NCBI GenBank assembly: GCA_964397315.1
Contig: CAYNHV010000008.1
Span: 1 to 44,236 of the forward strand
DNA: 44,236 bases
From: an uncultured Methanosarcinales archaeon
Lineage (GTDB): Archaea; Nanobdellota; Nanobdellia; Woesearchaeales; UBA12501
Direction of reading: 5' to 3'
Part shown: one piece after another, positions 21,307 to 29,754 of the stretch
How the letters are laid out: every line of letters begins with the position of its first letter
Numbering within the stretch: the first letter of the stretch is position 1
Position numbers and translations under genes: made by a program
Notes under the pieces: model-generated
Told to the model about the DNA's origin: nothing
Seen by the model: the letters and a program-made list of their open reading frames with translations, nothing else
The model's database searches: none

Positions 21307-21963
21307 TCAGAGCTTTAAACTCAATCTATTAGATACTTTGCTTTTATCTACTTCCTCAGGTTTTAATAGGTGGTCTTTCCAGTATTCTTCATTTCCATGA
21401 AACGTATTCCATTCACACATTCCTGTGTATCCTATAGTGAGAACATTCCTCACATCATGTAATATGCGGATTACTGCTCTTGAGAAATTTTCCTCATCAG
21501 TTTTTCTTGGGCGCTCCAATTCATAATGTCCTATGTCAATTCTCTCATAATTAGAACAAGAAGGACGAGCAGGATGCTTGTATTTGTTTATTAACATAGG
21601 CACATCTATTGATATAGCATCACATTCTTTTACTACAGGAACTCCTATAAGCCCCTCTTCATGCCCAAAATCCGGTCCAAAACCATAGTACTGCTTGTTT
21701 ACAGGGTCATAAAGGATATAACTGTCATCAAGCAGAGCGCAGACATGGAATCTATTATTTGTTATTTTGAATCCCACTTTCTTATCAGGATCCAGATATT
21801 CTTCTCTCACTAATGTTCCAGGAATTTTGTCCTGTTGTCTTGGAGATTTCTCTAATCTCCTCTTAAAGCCCTTCTCTGCATAATGGGGCACATAACAAGG
21901 TATGACCTCCTCCAAAACTTTTTTTGCAAAGAAGGTATTATCTTCTGTTTTATTGTTTAGCAT
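21307..21963 (-). CDS. Truncated paralog of the E2-like protein with Cys-to-Asp at the putative active site
   Basis: Shares FFAKKV.EEV.P, KK.GFK, YYGFGP.FG and YWKDHLL with 17192-18493; HPARPSCSNYERID aligns with HPSVQNDSGYEPIC. Confidence 0.7.
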   Translation of the reverse strand: MLNNKTEDNTFFAKKVLEEVIPCYVPHYAEKGFKRRLEKSPRQQDKIPGTLVREEYLDPDKKVGFKITNNRFHVCALLDDSYILYDPVNKQYYGFGPDFGHEEGLIGVPVVKECDAISIDVPMLINKYKHPARPSCSNYERIDIGHYELERPRKTDEENFSRAVIRILHDVRNVLTIGYTGMCEWNTFHGNEEYWKDHLLKPEEVDKSKVSNRLSLKL

Positions 21964-21987
21964 TATCTCTAATTCCCCATACCAATT

Positions 21988-22128
21988 GCTTTTAATAACA
22001 CTTTCCAGTCCAAAACCGGAAACTCTTCAGAAAAAGCGGAATAATCTCAGAAACAATGAATATGCTTCACAATAGTATTAAAATTCATGAAGGATTTCCA
22101 GAGAAAACGGAAGGCTGTTAGTGGGTTG
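21988..22128 (-). promoter_or_regulatory. Promoter/operator region copy 2
   Basis: Homologous to 21080-21220. Confidence 0.55.
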
Positions 22129-22173
22129 GGAAATATTAGAGATATTAATGACGCCCAAACTTTAAGTATAAAA

Positions 22174-24201
22174 TCACTTATCATTAGAATAATGCTTCTC
22201 CAGCTGTTGGTAGACTATATCCTCTGTTATCCTGAGCTTGCCGTCTTTAACCATAGGAGATTCCCTCATTCCCTTGAGGACTGTGGTTAATATGGATTCT
22301 ATGGCTCTTGCTCCTGTGCCCCTTGCAATAGCCTCCTCTGCGATTGCATGGTAAGCAGAATCATCAAATGTTAACTCAATACCATAGCTTTTACCAAATA
22401 AGATCTGTTTTCCCTGGACATAAGAATCCTTTGCAGTGGTCATTATTTCAACAAGCTGATCCTGATCTAGCTGATTAAGAGCAACTATATCAGGAAGTCT
22501 GCCTATCAGTTCTTTCTTAAAACCATATGCTAGAAGATCTTCTGAAGAGACCCTCTGTAGGGATTCATGCTGATTCGGGCTTTCTTTATTATGATCAGCT
22601 CCAAACCCTAATTTCCTTTTAATGGATCTATTATTCACAATTTCAGCCAAACCATCAAAAGCTCCTCCACATATGTAAAGAATGTTGGATGTGTCCATGT
22701 TTCCATAAGCTGTTGAAACGCTCTCTCCCTCAAGAATTTTGAGCAGCTCATTTTGTAGGTCCTCCCCCCTTATATCCCTCTGGGTTATATCTTTTTGAGC
22801 TATTTTGTCAAACTCATCAAAGAAGACAATACCTCTCTCTGCTTTGTCCACTGCTCCTGCTTTTTCAATGAGTGAGTTAAATGCATTATCTATATTCTCT
22901 CCAACGTATCCTTGGGCTGTTTTACCAGCGAGACCATAAATAACAAAAGGAACTCCAAGAATTTCTGAAACTGTTTGTGCCACATATGTTTTTCCGGATC
23001 CTGTTGGTCCCATCATCAGTATATGTGTATTTTTTACTTTGGTTCTTTCAGATTCAGGCAGCGACAATCTCTGATAATGGTCACAGACTGCTTCTGCTAA
23101 TGAATTTATAGCTTTTTCCTGCCCTACAACATAGGGTTGAACTGCTTTGACAATGCTTGTGGGCTTTTTGTAATCGATTTCAGGCGACCCAGAAGACTTT
23201 TCCATTTTTGGTTCAGGTTTTGGTTTTGATTTTTCTTCTTTGGTTTTTTGGGGCTTTGGCTTCGATGCAGGAGCTTCTGTTTTCCTTGGTTTTTGCCTTT
23301 CTACAGGTTTTTCTCTTATTCCATCTCTCTGTTTTGTGAATTCTTCCATTGAATTGTATTCTCCTTCTTCTTTATTTGAAAAACGGAAAATATATGTTCC
23401 TGAGTTAGTCTTAAATGGGTCAAAACTTTGAAACTTCTCATTAGAATGATATGGTCTTAAATCGTGGTCTTTTACTCTTACAACCAGATTTCCCCCAGGC
23501 ATCTCTTCTTCTTCAAATCTGTATGCAAGGAATAAGGCATTAATTCCTTTCTGGATTACTGAAGCAAACTCCCCCAGGTGGTCTAAGTATTCCCGAAATG
23601 TTTCATCTATCTTATCTGTTTCCTTAAAACGAGGAGTTTTTCTTAGCATAGATGTGTATTGTGTCTCTTTTTTCTCACTTGACCACCAATGTTTTTTTGG
23701 AATATCCACAGTGTAGGGTCTTTCTTTCATTACTTTTTCACCATCATGATTTATGTCAACTACAATTAGTTTCCTGTTTTCTTTAGCATTTGCTTTTCTT
23801 TCTTCTTTGCTGTATCCTAGGTCTCTTAAAACCTCTTTTTCGGCATGCATTATTGCTGTTTCTATATTCCATGCAGCTTTTGTTTCAGGGGTGAATATAG
23901 ATGATAATGCCTCACTTGCTGTTTCCCTGTCTTTTTCTGTATAAACTGGAAATGAAACAATTCTGGCTCCAAGAGCATACTCTCTCCCGTCAGAAACAGC
24001 TGCTGGTGTCACAGAATGGGTAAGCCTCAATTGCGGATTTTTTATATCTGAGAAATTAAATTTCCCACTTCTAAATTCGTTAAGCCGCTTAACTTTATAT
24101 ATCTCAGCAATTTCAAGAGGGATATCTCTAAATTCTGGCTCTCTGCGTATAATCTCATTGGTAAATTCAAAGAGATCCTGTATATCAATGTGTATCACCA
24201 T
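22174..24201 (-). CDS. clpX: ClpX-like AAA+ unfoldase with novel ~290-aa N-terminal region and Lys/Pro-rich linker
   Basis: YVVGQEKA, GPTGSGKT, GYVGE, FFDEFDKI, ICGGAFDGL, LGF loop, ELIGRLP, TGARA; no C4 zinc-binding domain. Confidence 0.88.
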   Translation of the reverse strand: MVIHIDIQDLFEFTNEIIRREPEFRDIPLEIAEIYKVKRLNEFRSGKFNFSDIKNPQLRLTHSVTPAAVSDGREYALGARIVSFPVYTEKDRETASEALSSIFTPETKAAWNIETAIMHAEKEVLRDLGYSKEERKANAKENRKLIVVDINHDGEKVMKERPYTVDIPKKHWWSSEKKETQYTSMLRKTPRFKETDKIDETFREYLDHLGEFASVIQKGINALFLAYRFEEEEMPGGNLVVRVKDHDLRPYHSNEKFQSFDPFKTNSGTYIFRFSNKEEGEYNSMEEFTKQRDGIREKPVERQKPRKTEAPASKPKPQKTKEEKSKPKPEPKMEKSSGSPEIDYKKPTSIVKAVQPYVVGQEKAINSLAEAVCDHYQRLSLPESERTKVKNTHILMMGPTGSGKTYVAQTVSEILGVPFVIYGLAGKTAQGYVGENIDNAFNSLIEKAGAVDKAERGIVFFDEFDKIAQKDITQRDIRGEDLQNELLKILEGESVSTAYGNMDTSNILYICGGAFDGLAEIVNNRSIKRKLGFGADHNKESPNQHESLQRVSSEDLLAYGFKKELIGRLPDIVALNQLDQDQLVEIMTTAKDSYVQGKQILFGKSYGIELTFDDSAYHAIAEEAIARGTGARAIESILTTVLKGMRESPMVKDGKLRITEDIVYQQLEKHYSNDK

Positions 24202-24356
24202 CAGCCTTACCTCTTGATCAATAATCCTAAGACCCCCCCTCTACACCGCTTTTATGCAGAAAATCAAAACACCTATTTAAATCTTTCGGTTATTTATGAC
24301 TAAACAGTGGTTAATAATTTAATAAACTAGAACCCTCTGTATATTAAACCACCCCA

Positions 24357-24836
24357 TCAAACCCCCACAGCATCAACATACTCAGGATCGCTCATAAAGC
24401 CTTCCTTTTTTATCTCCTCAAGGGTGTAGTACTCCTTAATCTCCTTCACCTTGTATCCCTCCAGCTTCTCAGTAAAATCAGTCACTTCTTTCATGTTCCT
24501 GAATATGCCCTCAACCAGAAAATCATAGCCGTTGTTTATCCTGAAGACTGAGTTCACCCCCTGCTCTTTCATGAGGAACCTTTTAAGCTCATCCCTCCTG
24601 CTCTTGTCAGCTTTCAGGAATATGTTGACTCTTATCTCAAACCCAAGCCTTGAGAAGTCTATGAGGGCTGTGTGCTTCCTGATGATGCCTCCTTCGTACC
24701 GTTTTATCCTTTCAAAAAGTGTTGAGACAGGAATGCCTGTCTGCCTGCTCAATGCCGTAAGGTTCTTCCTTGCGTTCTTTCTCAGATGGGACAGCAAAAG
24801 CAGCTCTTTTCTGCCATTTAATCTATCCATGACCAC
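24357..24836 (-). CDS. Lrp/AsnC family transcriptional regulator
   Basis: LRKNARKNLTALSRQTGIPVSTLFERIKR HTH; IDFSRLG; NGYDFLVE. Confidence 0.9.
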   Translation of the reverse strand: MVMDRLNGRKELLLLSHLRKNARKNLTALSRQTGIPVSTLFERIKRYEGGIIRKHTALIDFSRLGFEIRVNIFLKADKSRRDELKRFLMKEQGVNSVFRINNGYDFLVEGIFRNMKEVTDFTEKLEGYKVKEIKEYYTLEEIKKEGFMSDPEYVDAVGV

Positions 24837-24897
24837 ACCCCCCTGGAATGTTTCAAAGTTATCCTGAAATATAAATCTTATTTTTGCTTATCTCCTG

Positions 24898-24924
24898 AAT
24901 GTTTCAGATAATATCTGAAACATT
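24898..24924. promoter_or_regulatory. Perfect palindromic operator between divergent genes
   Basis: AATGTTTCAGATA-A-TATCTGAAACATT (13-bp arms); related sites at ~24848 and ~24960. Confidence 0.7.
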
Positions 24925-25008
24925 TAAAAAAGAAGATGGAAAGAGCAGGCAAAATCCCATGTTCTGAAACACAATATTTATAAAGTTTCAGTACTATATG
25001 GTGTCTAT

Positions 25009-26646
25009 ATGGGTGGTGGCAGCTACAAGAACAGGATAGAGTATGACATCCTGTCAGTATTCAAGGAAAAGCCCGCCTCAGAGCTTTCTACGTCCTACAT
25101 AGTGAGGAGAGTCTTCAGCAGGGAATTCAAGGACATAGACGCAGGCCTGAACAGCCCCTCCCAGGACAGGGATATGATAAGGAAAGCAAAGGCAGACACA
25201 GCAAGGCTTCACAGGAAAGTGCTGTATTACCTCAACAAGCTTCAGGAGGAGGACATAATACAGCTGGCCAGGGAGGGCAGCAAAGGAAGAAAGTTCTTCA
25301 GGCTGGCCCTCAATGAGGGGGAGGAGCTTCACCTGAACAAGAGAGTGAAGAAGATTGTCATATCACGGCAGGAGTCAGGCTCTGTGCCTGTGGAAGGTTA
25401 TGAACAGAAGAGCCTGGTGTACAGGTTTGACCCTGCAACATGGGTCAGCAGGGTGAACTCAATACTCATTGACTCTGCAAGGTTCAAGAGCCTGGATTAC
25501 CTGCACAGGAGCCTTGTGAAGTGCTTCAGCAACATAAATGACGTGGCGGGAATGCTTGACTTCAACAGGCTCATGGAAATTTCAGACCCTGAAAGCTTTG
25601 CTGATTTCATAGAAAAGACAGACTCTGACTGTGAGGATTTTGGAAGGACCTTATGCCTGATAATAAAGGTGAGCAGGGTAAACAAGGAAAACTCTGACAG
25701 GGTGCTTGACTGCATAAGAAAATACGCAGAGCTGAAGCCAAAGCACGTGAGAGTGGTATTTGACAGCAGCAGCAAGGACATACAGCAGAACAGGGGCTTT
25801 TTTGAGCAGGCTGCCCACCTTTTCTCTGAATCCAAGATAAAGATGTACATAAAGAATGACTCTGTTCACGCTCCCCCTTACATAATAGGCAGGGCAGGCC
25901 CCTACACATTTGATGAGGATGACTGGAAGCTCTACTCTGACGTGTTCTCGGGCAGGATGGGATGCCTTGTGTGCTCCCAGGCATCTTTTGCTGTTGACAT
26001 GCACAAGCTCCTGAAAGAGTACAGCAGCGCTGAACAGGTAAGGTCCATAGTACTCAAGATAGCAAAGTCACTCTTCTTCTCCAACACAAGGCAGAGAAGA
26101 AGGTCAGGCGAGTATTTCAGCGAGCTTAACAGGATAAACAAGGATCATGAAAGGTCAATGTTCAACTTCAGCAGGAACTACATAAGGCTCTGGAACCACA
26201 TGGCAGAAAGTCCGGGATTTGACAGCCAGGAGATGGACAGCCTCATCAGCCAGCTTAAGGATGACATCAACAGCTTCTGCCACTCCCAGGAAACAATATA
26301 CAATGCAGCAGGAATGCCTACGCGCTTCAGAATAGCCTTTTCCTGCGCTTTTGACGACTTCAGGAGGGGGCTGATGGAGGCTGAGATGTTCAGCAAGATA
26401 ATCATAAACAACAAGGAAGACCTCTACAAGGAGGACGTGTCTGCTCTTCTGGCCAGGAAAGAGGAGATGTCAAGGATGCTGCTGGGAGGGGACAGGGTGA
26501 GGCTTTACAGAAGGGGCAGCATTGACCCGAAAGATATCATCAGGGAGATACTCATGGTGGCCAACACCTACCAGCTGCCCCTGATATGCTATGACTTCGG
26601 GGACATAAAGGGCGCAAACCTGAAGCTGAACTCGTTTTTTGATTAG
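25009..26646 (+). CDS. Hypothetical protein with N-terminal winged-helix-like domain
   Basis: 545-aa ORF; LHRKVLYYLNKLQEEDIIQL..GSKGRKFF resembles a wHTH recognition helix and wing. Confidence 0.65.
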   Translation: MGGGSYKNRIEYDILSVFKEKPASELSTSYIVRRVFSREFKDIDAGLNSPSQDRDMIRKAKADTARLHRKVLYYLNKLQEEDIIQLAREGSKGRKFFRLALNEGEELHLNKRVKKIVISRQESGSVPVEGYEQKSLVYRFDPATWVSRVNSILIDSARFKSLDYLHRSLVKCFSNINDVAGMLDFNRLMEISDPESFADFIEKTDSDCEDFGRTLCLIIKVSRVNKENSDRVLDCIRKYAELKPKHVRVVFDSSSKDIQQNRGFFEQAAHLFSESKIKMYIKNDSVHAPPYIIGRAGPYTFDEDDWKLYSDVFSGRMGCLVCSQASFAVDMHKLLKEYSSAEQVRSIVLKIAKSLFFSNTRQRRRSGEYFSELNRINKDHERSMFNFSRNYIRLWNHMAESPGFDSQEMDSLISQLKDDINSFCHSQETIYNAAGMPTRFRIAFSCAFDDFRRGLMEAEMFSKIIINNKEDLYKEDVSALLARKEEMSRMLLGGDRVRLYRRGSIDPKDIIREILMVANTYQLPLICYDFGDIKGANLKLNSFFD

Positions 26647-26655
26647 GGCTTAAAA

Positions 26656-27312
26656 ATGGAGATATCAGAGAAAACAGCAATGGAAGCGTGGAAAAAAGCG
26701 CTGAAATACGCGCTTGAGGAAGGCAGGATTGTGACGGATGAGAACAGCAGGAAGTCAAAAGAGGTTGAGGGCCTGTGCATAAGGGTGGAGAATCCTGAGG
26801 AAGACGCCAACAAGCCTGTTGAAGCCCTCACAGGTTTTGACAAGTGGATGTATCCCTCATCTGATGAGATACAGGCATTCACCCTCAGCAGGAAGAACCT
26901 TATAGCATGCGATGTCTCTTACGGAGACTCAATATTCAACTACAGGGGGAAAATAAACCAGGTGGATGATTTCGTCATTCCGCTTCTGAAGAAAAATCCG
27001 GAATCCAGGAGAGCGGTTGTTGTGCTGTGGGATCCTGAAGAGAAGACAAAGGCAGAGAGAAGCCTGTTCTTCGGGCTGATAACAGTTTATTTCAGGGTGA
27101 TAGGCAGGAGGCTTCATGCAACGTGCTTTGTCAGGAGCAATGACCTGTTCTTTGGCTGGCCCGGAAACATCTGCCAGCTTAACACCCTGCAGGCGTACAT
27201 CAACGAGAGGCTGGGATTCAGGAACGGCCCCATAACAGTGTTCTCCGCGATAGCTCAGGTCTTTGAGGATCAGGAAGAGGATGCAAAAAACATAATAAAA
27301 GATGAAAGATAG
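26656..27312 (+). CDS. Thymidylate synthase (ThyA)-fold protein lacking the catalytic Cys
   Basis: SYG..I, INQVD, SRRAVVVLWDP, RSNDLFFGWPGN present; the expected PC is replaced by FG. Confidence 0.75.
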   Translation: MEISEKTAMEAWKKALKYALEEGRIVTDENSRKSKEVEGLCIRVENPEEDANKPVEALTGFDKWMYPSSDEIQAFTLSRKNLIACDVSYGDSIFNYRGKINQVDDFVIPLLKKNPESRRAVVVLWDPEEKTKAERSLFFGLITVYFRVIGRRLHATCFVRSNDLFFGWPGNICQLNTLQAYINERLGFRNGPITVFSAIAQVFEDQEEDAKNIIKDER

Positions 27313-27334
27313 GTAAAAGCTGCTGCTTACTTTT

Positions 27335-27467
27335 AATAAGCCGGAAGCTCCGCACTTAGTGCGGAGATGAAGGCTTTTAAAAGTTCCAAAAATCCGCTTG
27401 TCAAAAACGCTGCTTAAAGCCACAGGCTTTAGCCCATGGATGGCCACGGGCTGCGGATTTTTGTTAC
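27335..27467. mobile_element. IS200/IS605-type end palindromes (non-autonomous remnant)
   Basis: GAAGCTCCGCACTTAGTGCGGAG and CCACAGGCTTTAGCCCATGG hairpins; ~47-bp inverted copy at 36409-36456. Confidence 0.55.
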
Positions 27468-28000
27468 CTGCAGTTTGTCACTGGAATGATCACTAACTGC
27501 TTGTTGATGCAGATGCTGCCGTCCCTCACAGGAAAGACCTCAATCCTTTTGGGATTGTGCTCTGAATTCTTGAGAGCCAGATTTTTGTCGCTTCCAACAG
27601 CAAGGTCAAACATATGGGTTGAACTCGCAACAACCTCATAATCCCTGTTGAAATACCTTATGTGCGCCCCTTCCAGGCCAACCCTGCCTGAGTTTCTTAT
27701 TGTCAGCTCAGCATCCCCTGATGGAAGCCCGCTGCACCCCAGGAAGCCGAAGGTCTCCTTTTCATCACACTTCATCTCAGAGAGTTCCTCTTGAGGGGTT
27801 TCTTCAGAAACATCAGTTACATCTTCAGCCGCATCCTGGTCTGCTGAAGCCGGAGCCTCTGTTGTTGCATTTTCAGCATCTTCAGGCCCGACAACAATCT
27901 CAACACCCTCCCCTGATGTTGCCTCCTTACTGCTGCAGCCAGAGAGCAGAAGCAGCATGATGAATGACACTGTGATTATTACGCCTCTCATGGGTATCAC
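27464..28000 (-). CDS. Predicted lipoprotein / surface protein
   Basis: Hydrophobic signal ending LLSGC, acidic linker, Cys-containing beta-rich C-terminus. Confidence 0.7.
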   Translation of the reverse strand: MIPMRGVIITVSFIMLLLLSGCSSKEATSGEGVEIVVGPEDAENATTEAPASADQDAAEDVTDVSEETPQEELSEMKCDEKETFGFLGCSGLPSGDAELTIRNSGRVGLEGAHIRYFNRDYEVVASSTHMFDLAVGSDKNLALKNSEHNPKRIEVFPVRDGSICINKQLVIIPVTNCR

Positions 28001-28084
28001 CAGGCTATGATAATACAGCGGGCTTTATAAATATTTTGAAGGAGATGATGTTACAGCTGCAGGTCGGATGATGTTTTTATGCTT

Positions 28085-28330
28085 ATAAGTATGGTGTTTC
28101 CAGCCTTTGGAGAGATATGTTCCTGCTGATGACTCATGATGCTTCCTTTTGGAGAAATGTGTTCCTGCTGGTTTTTCATGGCACTTCCCGCCCTCGGGGA
28201 GACGATATTTTTATGATTATGATTCCTGGTACTTCCCACCCTTTCTCCACAACCATCATGCAGGTTCATTAATTCTGTTACAGCACAACTCCACTCTTCT
28301 TCTTCAAATAAGCCCAGCCCATAAATTTGC
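28085..28330 (-). repeat. Dispersed element: ~90-bp core plus degenerate ~45-bp tandem array (copy 1)
   Basis: Core homologous to 40405-40495; units of AGG(C/T)GGGAAGTACCAGGAAT type start at ~28242, 28194, 28150, 28106 on the minus strand. Confidence 0.65.
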
Positions 28331-28576
28331 TGGGGTGCGCTACGGGCTTGCGAGGTTGGTGCTCTCAGCAGAATAATGGGGGTGGCTGGGCGGGACGAAG
28401 CAGTTGTAGAACTGGACAGGGAGGCGGTAATGCCTGGAAAAATTACAATCTTTACATTAAATCCATAACATAACTTAACCCAACTCTAAAGAGGGCGGCG
28501 GTAAACTCTGGAGGAATCATCATTCTTTATGTCAAATCCATAACCTATTTAACCCAACTATAAATAGAAAATACAA

Positions 28577-28734
28577 CGCCGAGGCTGGGATTTGAACCCA
28601 GATTACGGGCCTGAGGCATTTCCAGCCAAAAGGTATCCCGAAGGAAACAAGCTCCCTGGCACCTGGTTCCAGGCTAACGCCCGCGCCCTGCTCAAGGCTG
28701 CAGATTGCGCAATACCAGGTTATGCGACCTCGGC
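28577..28734 (-). tRNA. tRNA-Ser(GGA) with three introns (28675-28704, 28654-28666, 28604-28634)
   Basis: Removing three BHB/BHL-flanked segments gives an 84-nt cloverleaf: acceptor GCCGAGG/CCTCGGC, anticodon stem CAAGC/GCTTG, loop CTGGAAA, long variable arm, G discriminator; TATA at ~28760; downstream of rps10 as in many archaea. Confidence 0.88.
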
Positions 28735-28820
28735 ATGATATACAGGGGATTCCGGGCATTATATAAATATTACTCTGCAGCCCATAAATATTTAAAAACC
28801 CTTTTGAATTATAAGGTGTC

Positions 28821-29042
28821 ATGAAAAGAGAGAGATTATACACATACCTGCTCCTGACAGGAGCAGTCCTGTTCTTTGCAGGAGGGGCCTACATAATAGC
28901 GGACACATACCTAAGAACAAAGGCCCTTGACTTCACATGGGGTTCTAACATCCTGCTCGGCATAGCAGGCATCCTGGTGATTGCAGGGGGTTACTTCCAC
29001 AATGTGGCCAAGGAGAAGGAGGCTGACCTTTTCAGTGATTGA
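28821..29042 (+). CDS. Small two-TM membrane protein
   Basis: Two hydrophobic segments; TATA at ~28790. Confidence 0.7.
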   Translation: MKRERLYTYLLLTGAVLFFAGGAYIIADTYLRTKALDFTWGSNILLGIAGILVIAGGYFHNVAKEKEADLFSD

Positions 29043-29140
29043 ATGTAAAGCAGAATAAGTCTTCAGATTTCTATCATCTGGCAATAAGTCCCAGAATCAG
29101 CTCTCAATCATCTGGCAATGAGCTTTTTAATAAAACCTTG

Positions 29141-29336
29141 GGAAAACTCAGGCAGCTCCTAGTTGCTTTGCAACCAGAGCTCCCTTAGGATATATTTACA
29201 GAAACCGTTTTCAACATTGTTGATTCGGAGGATTCCGAGCGAAGCGAGGATATCCTCCTTAATGGCCGGGTCAAGGAAGAAGACCCTTGTCGGGAAAACT
29301 CAGGCAGCTCCTAGTTGCTTTGCAACCAGAGCTCCC
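29141..29336. repeat. 44-bp direct repeats flanking a REP-like hairpin
   Basis: GGAAAACTCAGGCAGCTCCTAGTTGCTTTGCAACCAGAGCTCCC at ~29141 and ~29293; hairpin GGAGGAT...ATCCTCC at ~29227-29258. Confidence 0.8.
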
Positions 29337-29342
29337 CAGAAC

Positions 29343-29654
29343 TCAGCTCTCAATCATCTCAATCTCAATATTAAGATTTTCAGGAACAGGAACCCTCATA
29401 ACAAGCCTTAAAGCGCGCTCATCAATGCCCAGGTCAATAAGCCTCTTGTGGACTCTCATCTCAAACCTGTCCCATGTTGCTGTCCCGTCCCCGCATGGAG
29501 ACTTTCTGGTTGTAAGCTTAAGCCTTTTTGTAGGAAGAGGTATGGGACCTCTCATGTCAACGCCGGTTTTTTCAGCGATATTTCTAATGTAATCACATAT
29601 CTCGTTCACCTTGCTTATTTCGCTGCTGGCAATCTTTATTCTTGCTTTCTGCAT
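29343..29654 (-). CDS. rps10: 30S ribosomal protein uS10
   Basis: [31 protein letters not shown]. Confidence 0.97.
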   Translation of the reverse strand: MQKARIKIASSEISKVNEICDYIRNIAEKTGVDMRGPIPLPTKRLKLTTRKSPCGDGTATWDRFEMRVHKRLIDLGIDERALRLVMRVPVPENLNIEIEMIES

Positions 29655-29754
29655 TATCTCACTCTGGTGTTTGGTTGCTGAAAAACCGGGCCTGCCACAT
29701 GATAAAGGTCATTTCACCATGCAATCAATAAAAAGACAAAAAATGATTAAGGGA

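Noticed and set aside
6930..24201. Provirus or integrative element
   Set aside because: No integrase, capsid, terminase, replication gene or att repeats recognised
28085..28330. CRISPR array (also 40479-40690)
   Set aside because: Repeat heads are short and divergent with no cas genes; kept only as an unexplained repeat
28149..28376. Paralogous small proteins 28149-28376 and 40192-40524 (shared PPFLHNH...LLQISP)
   Set aside because: Similarity is confined to the DNA repeat core; starts and ends are unrelated, so probably non-coding
28690..28700. Reading the tRNA as Ser(TGA) from GCCTTGAG
   Set aside because: That sequence lies inside intron 1; only the GGA reading gives a paired anticodon stem
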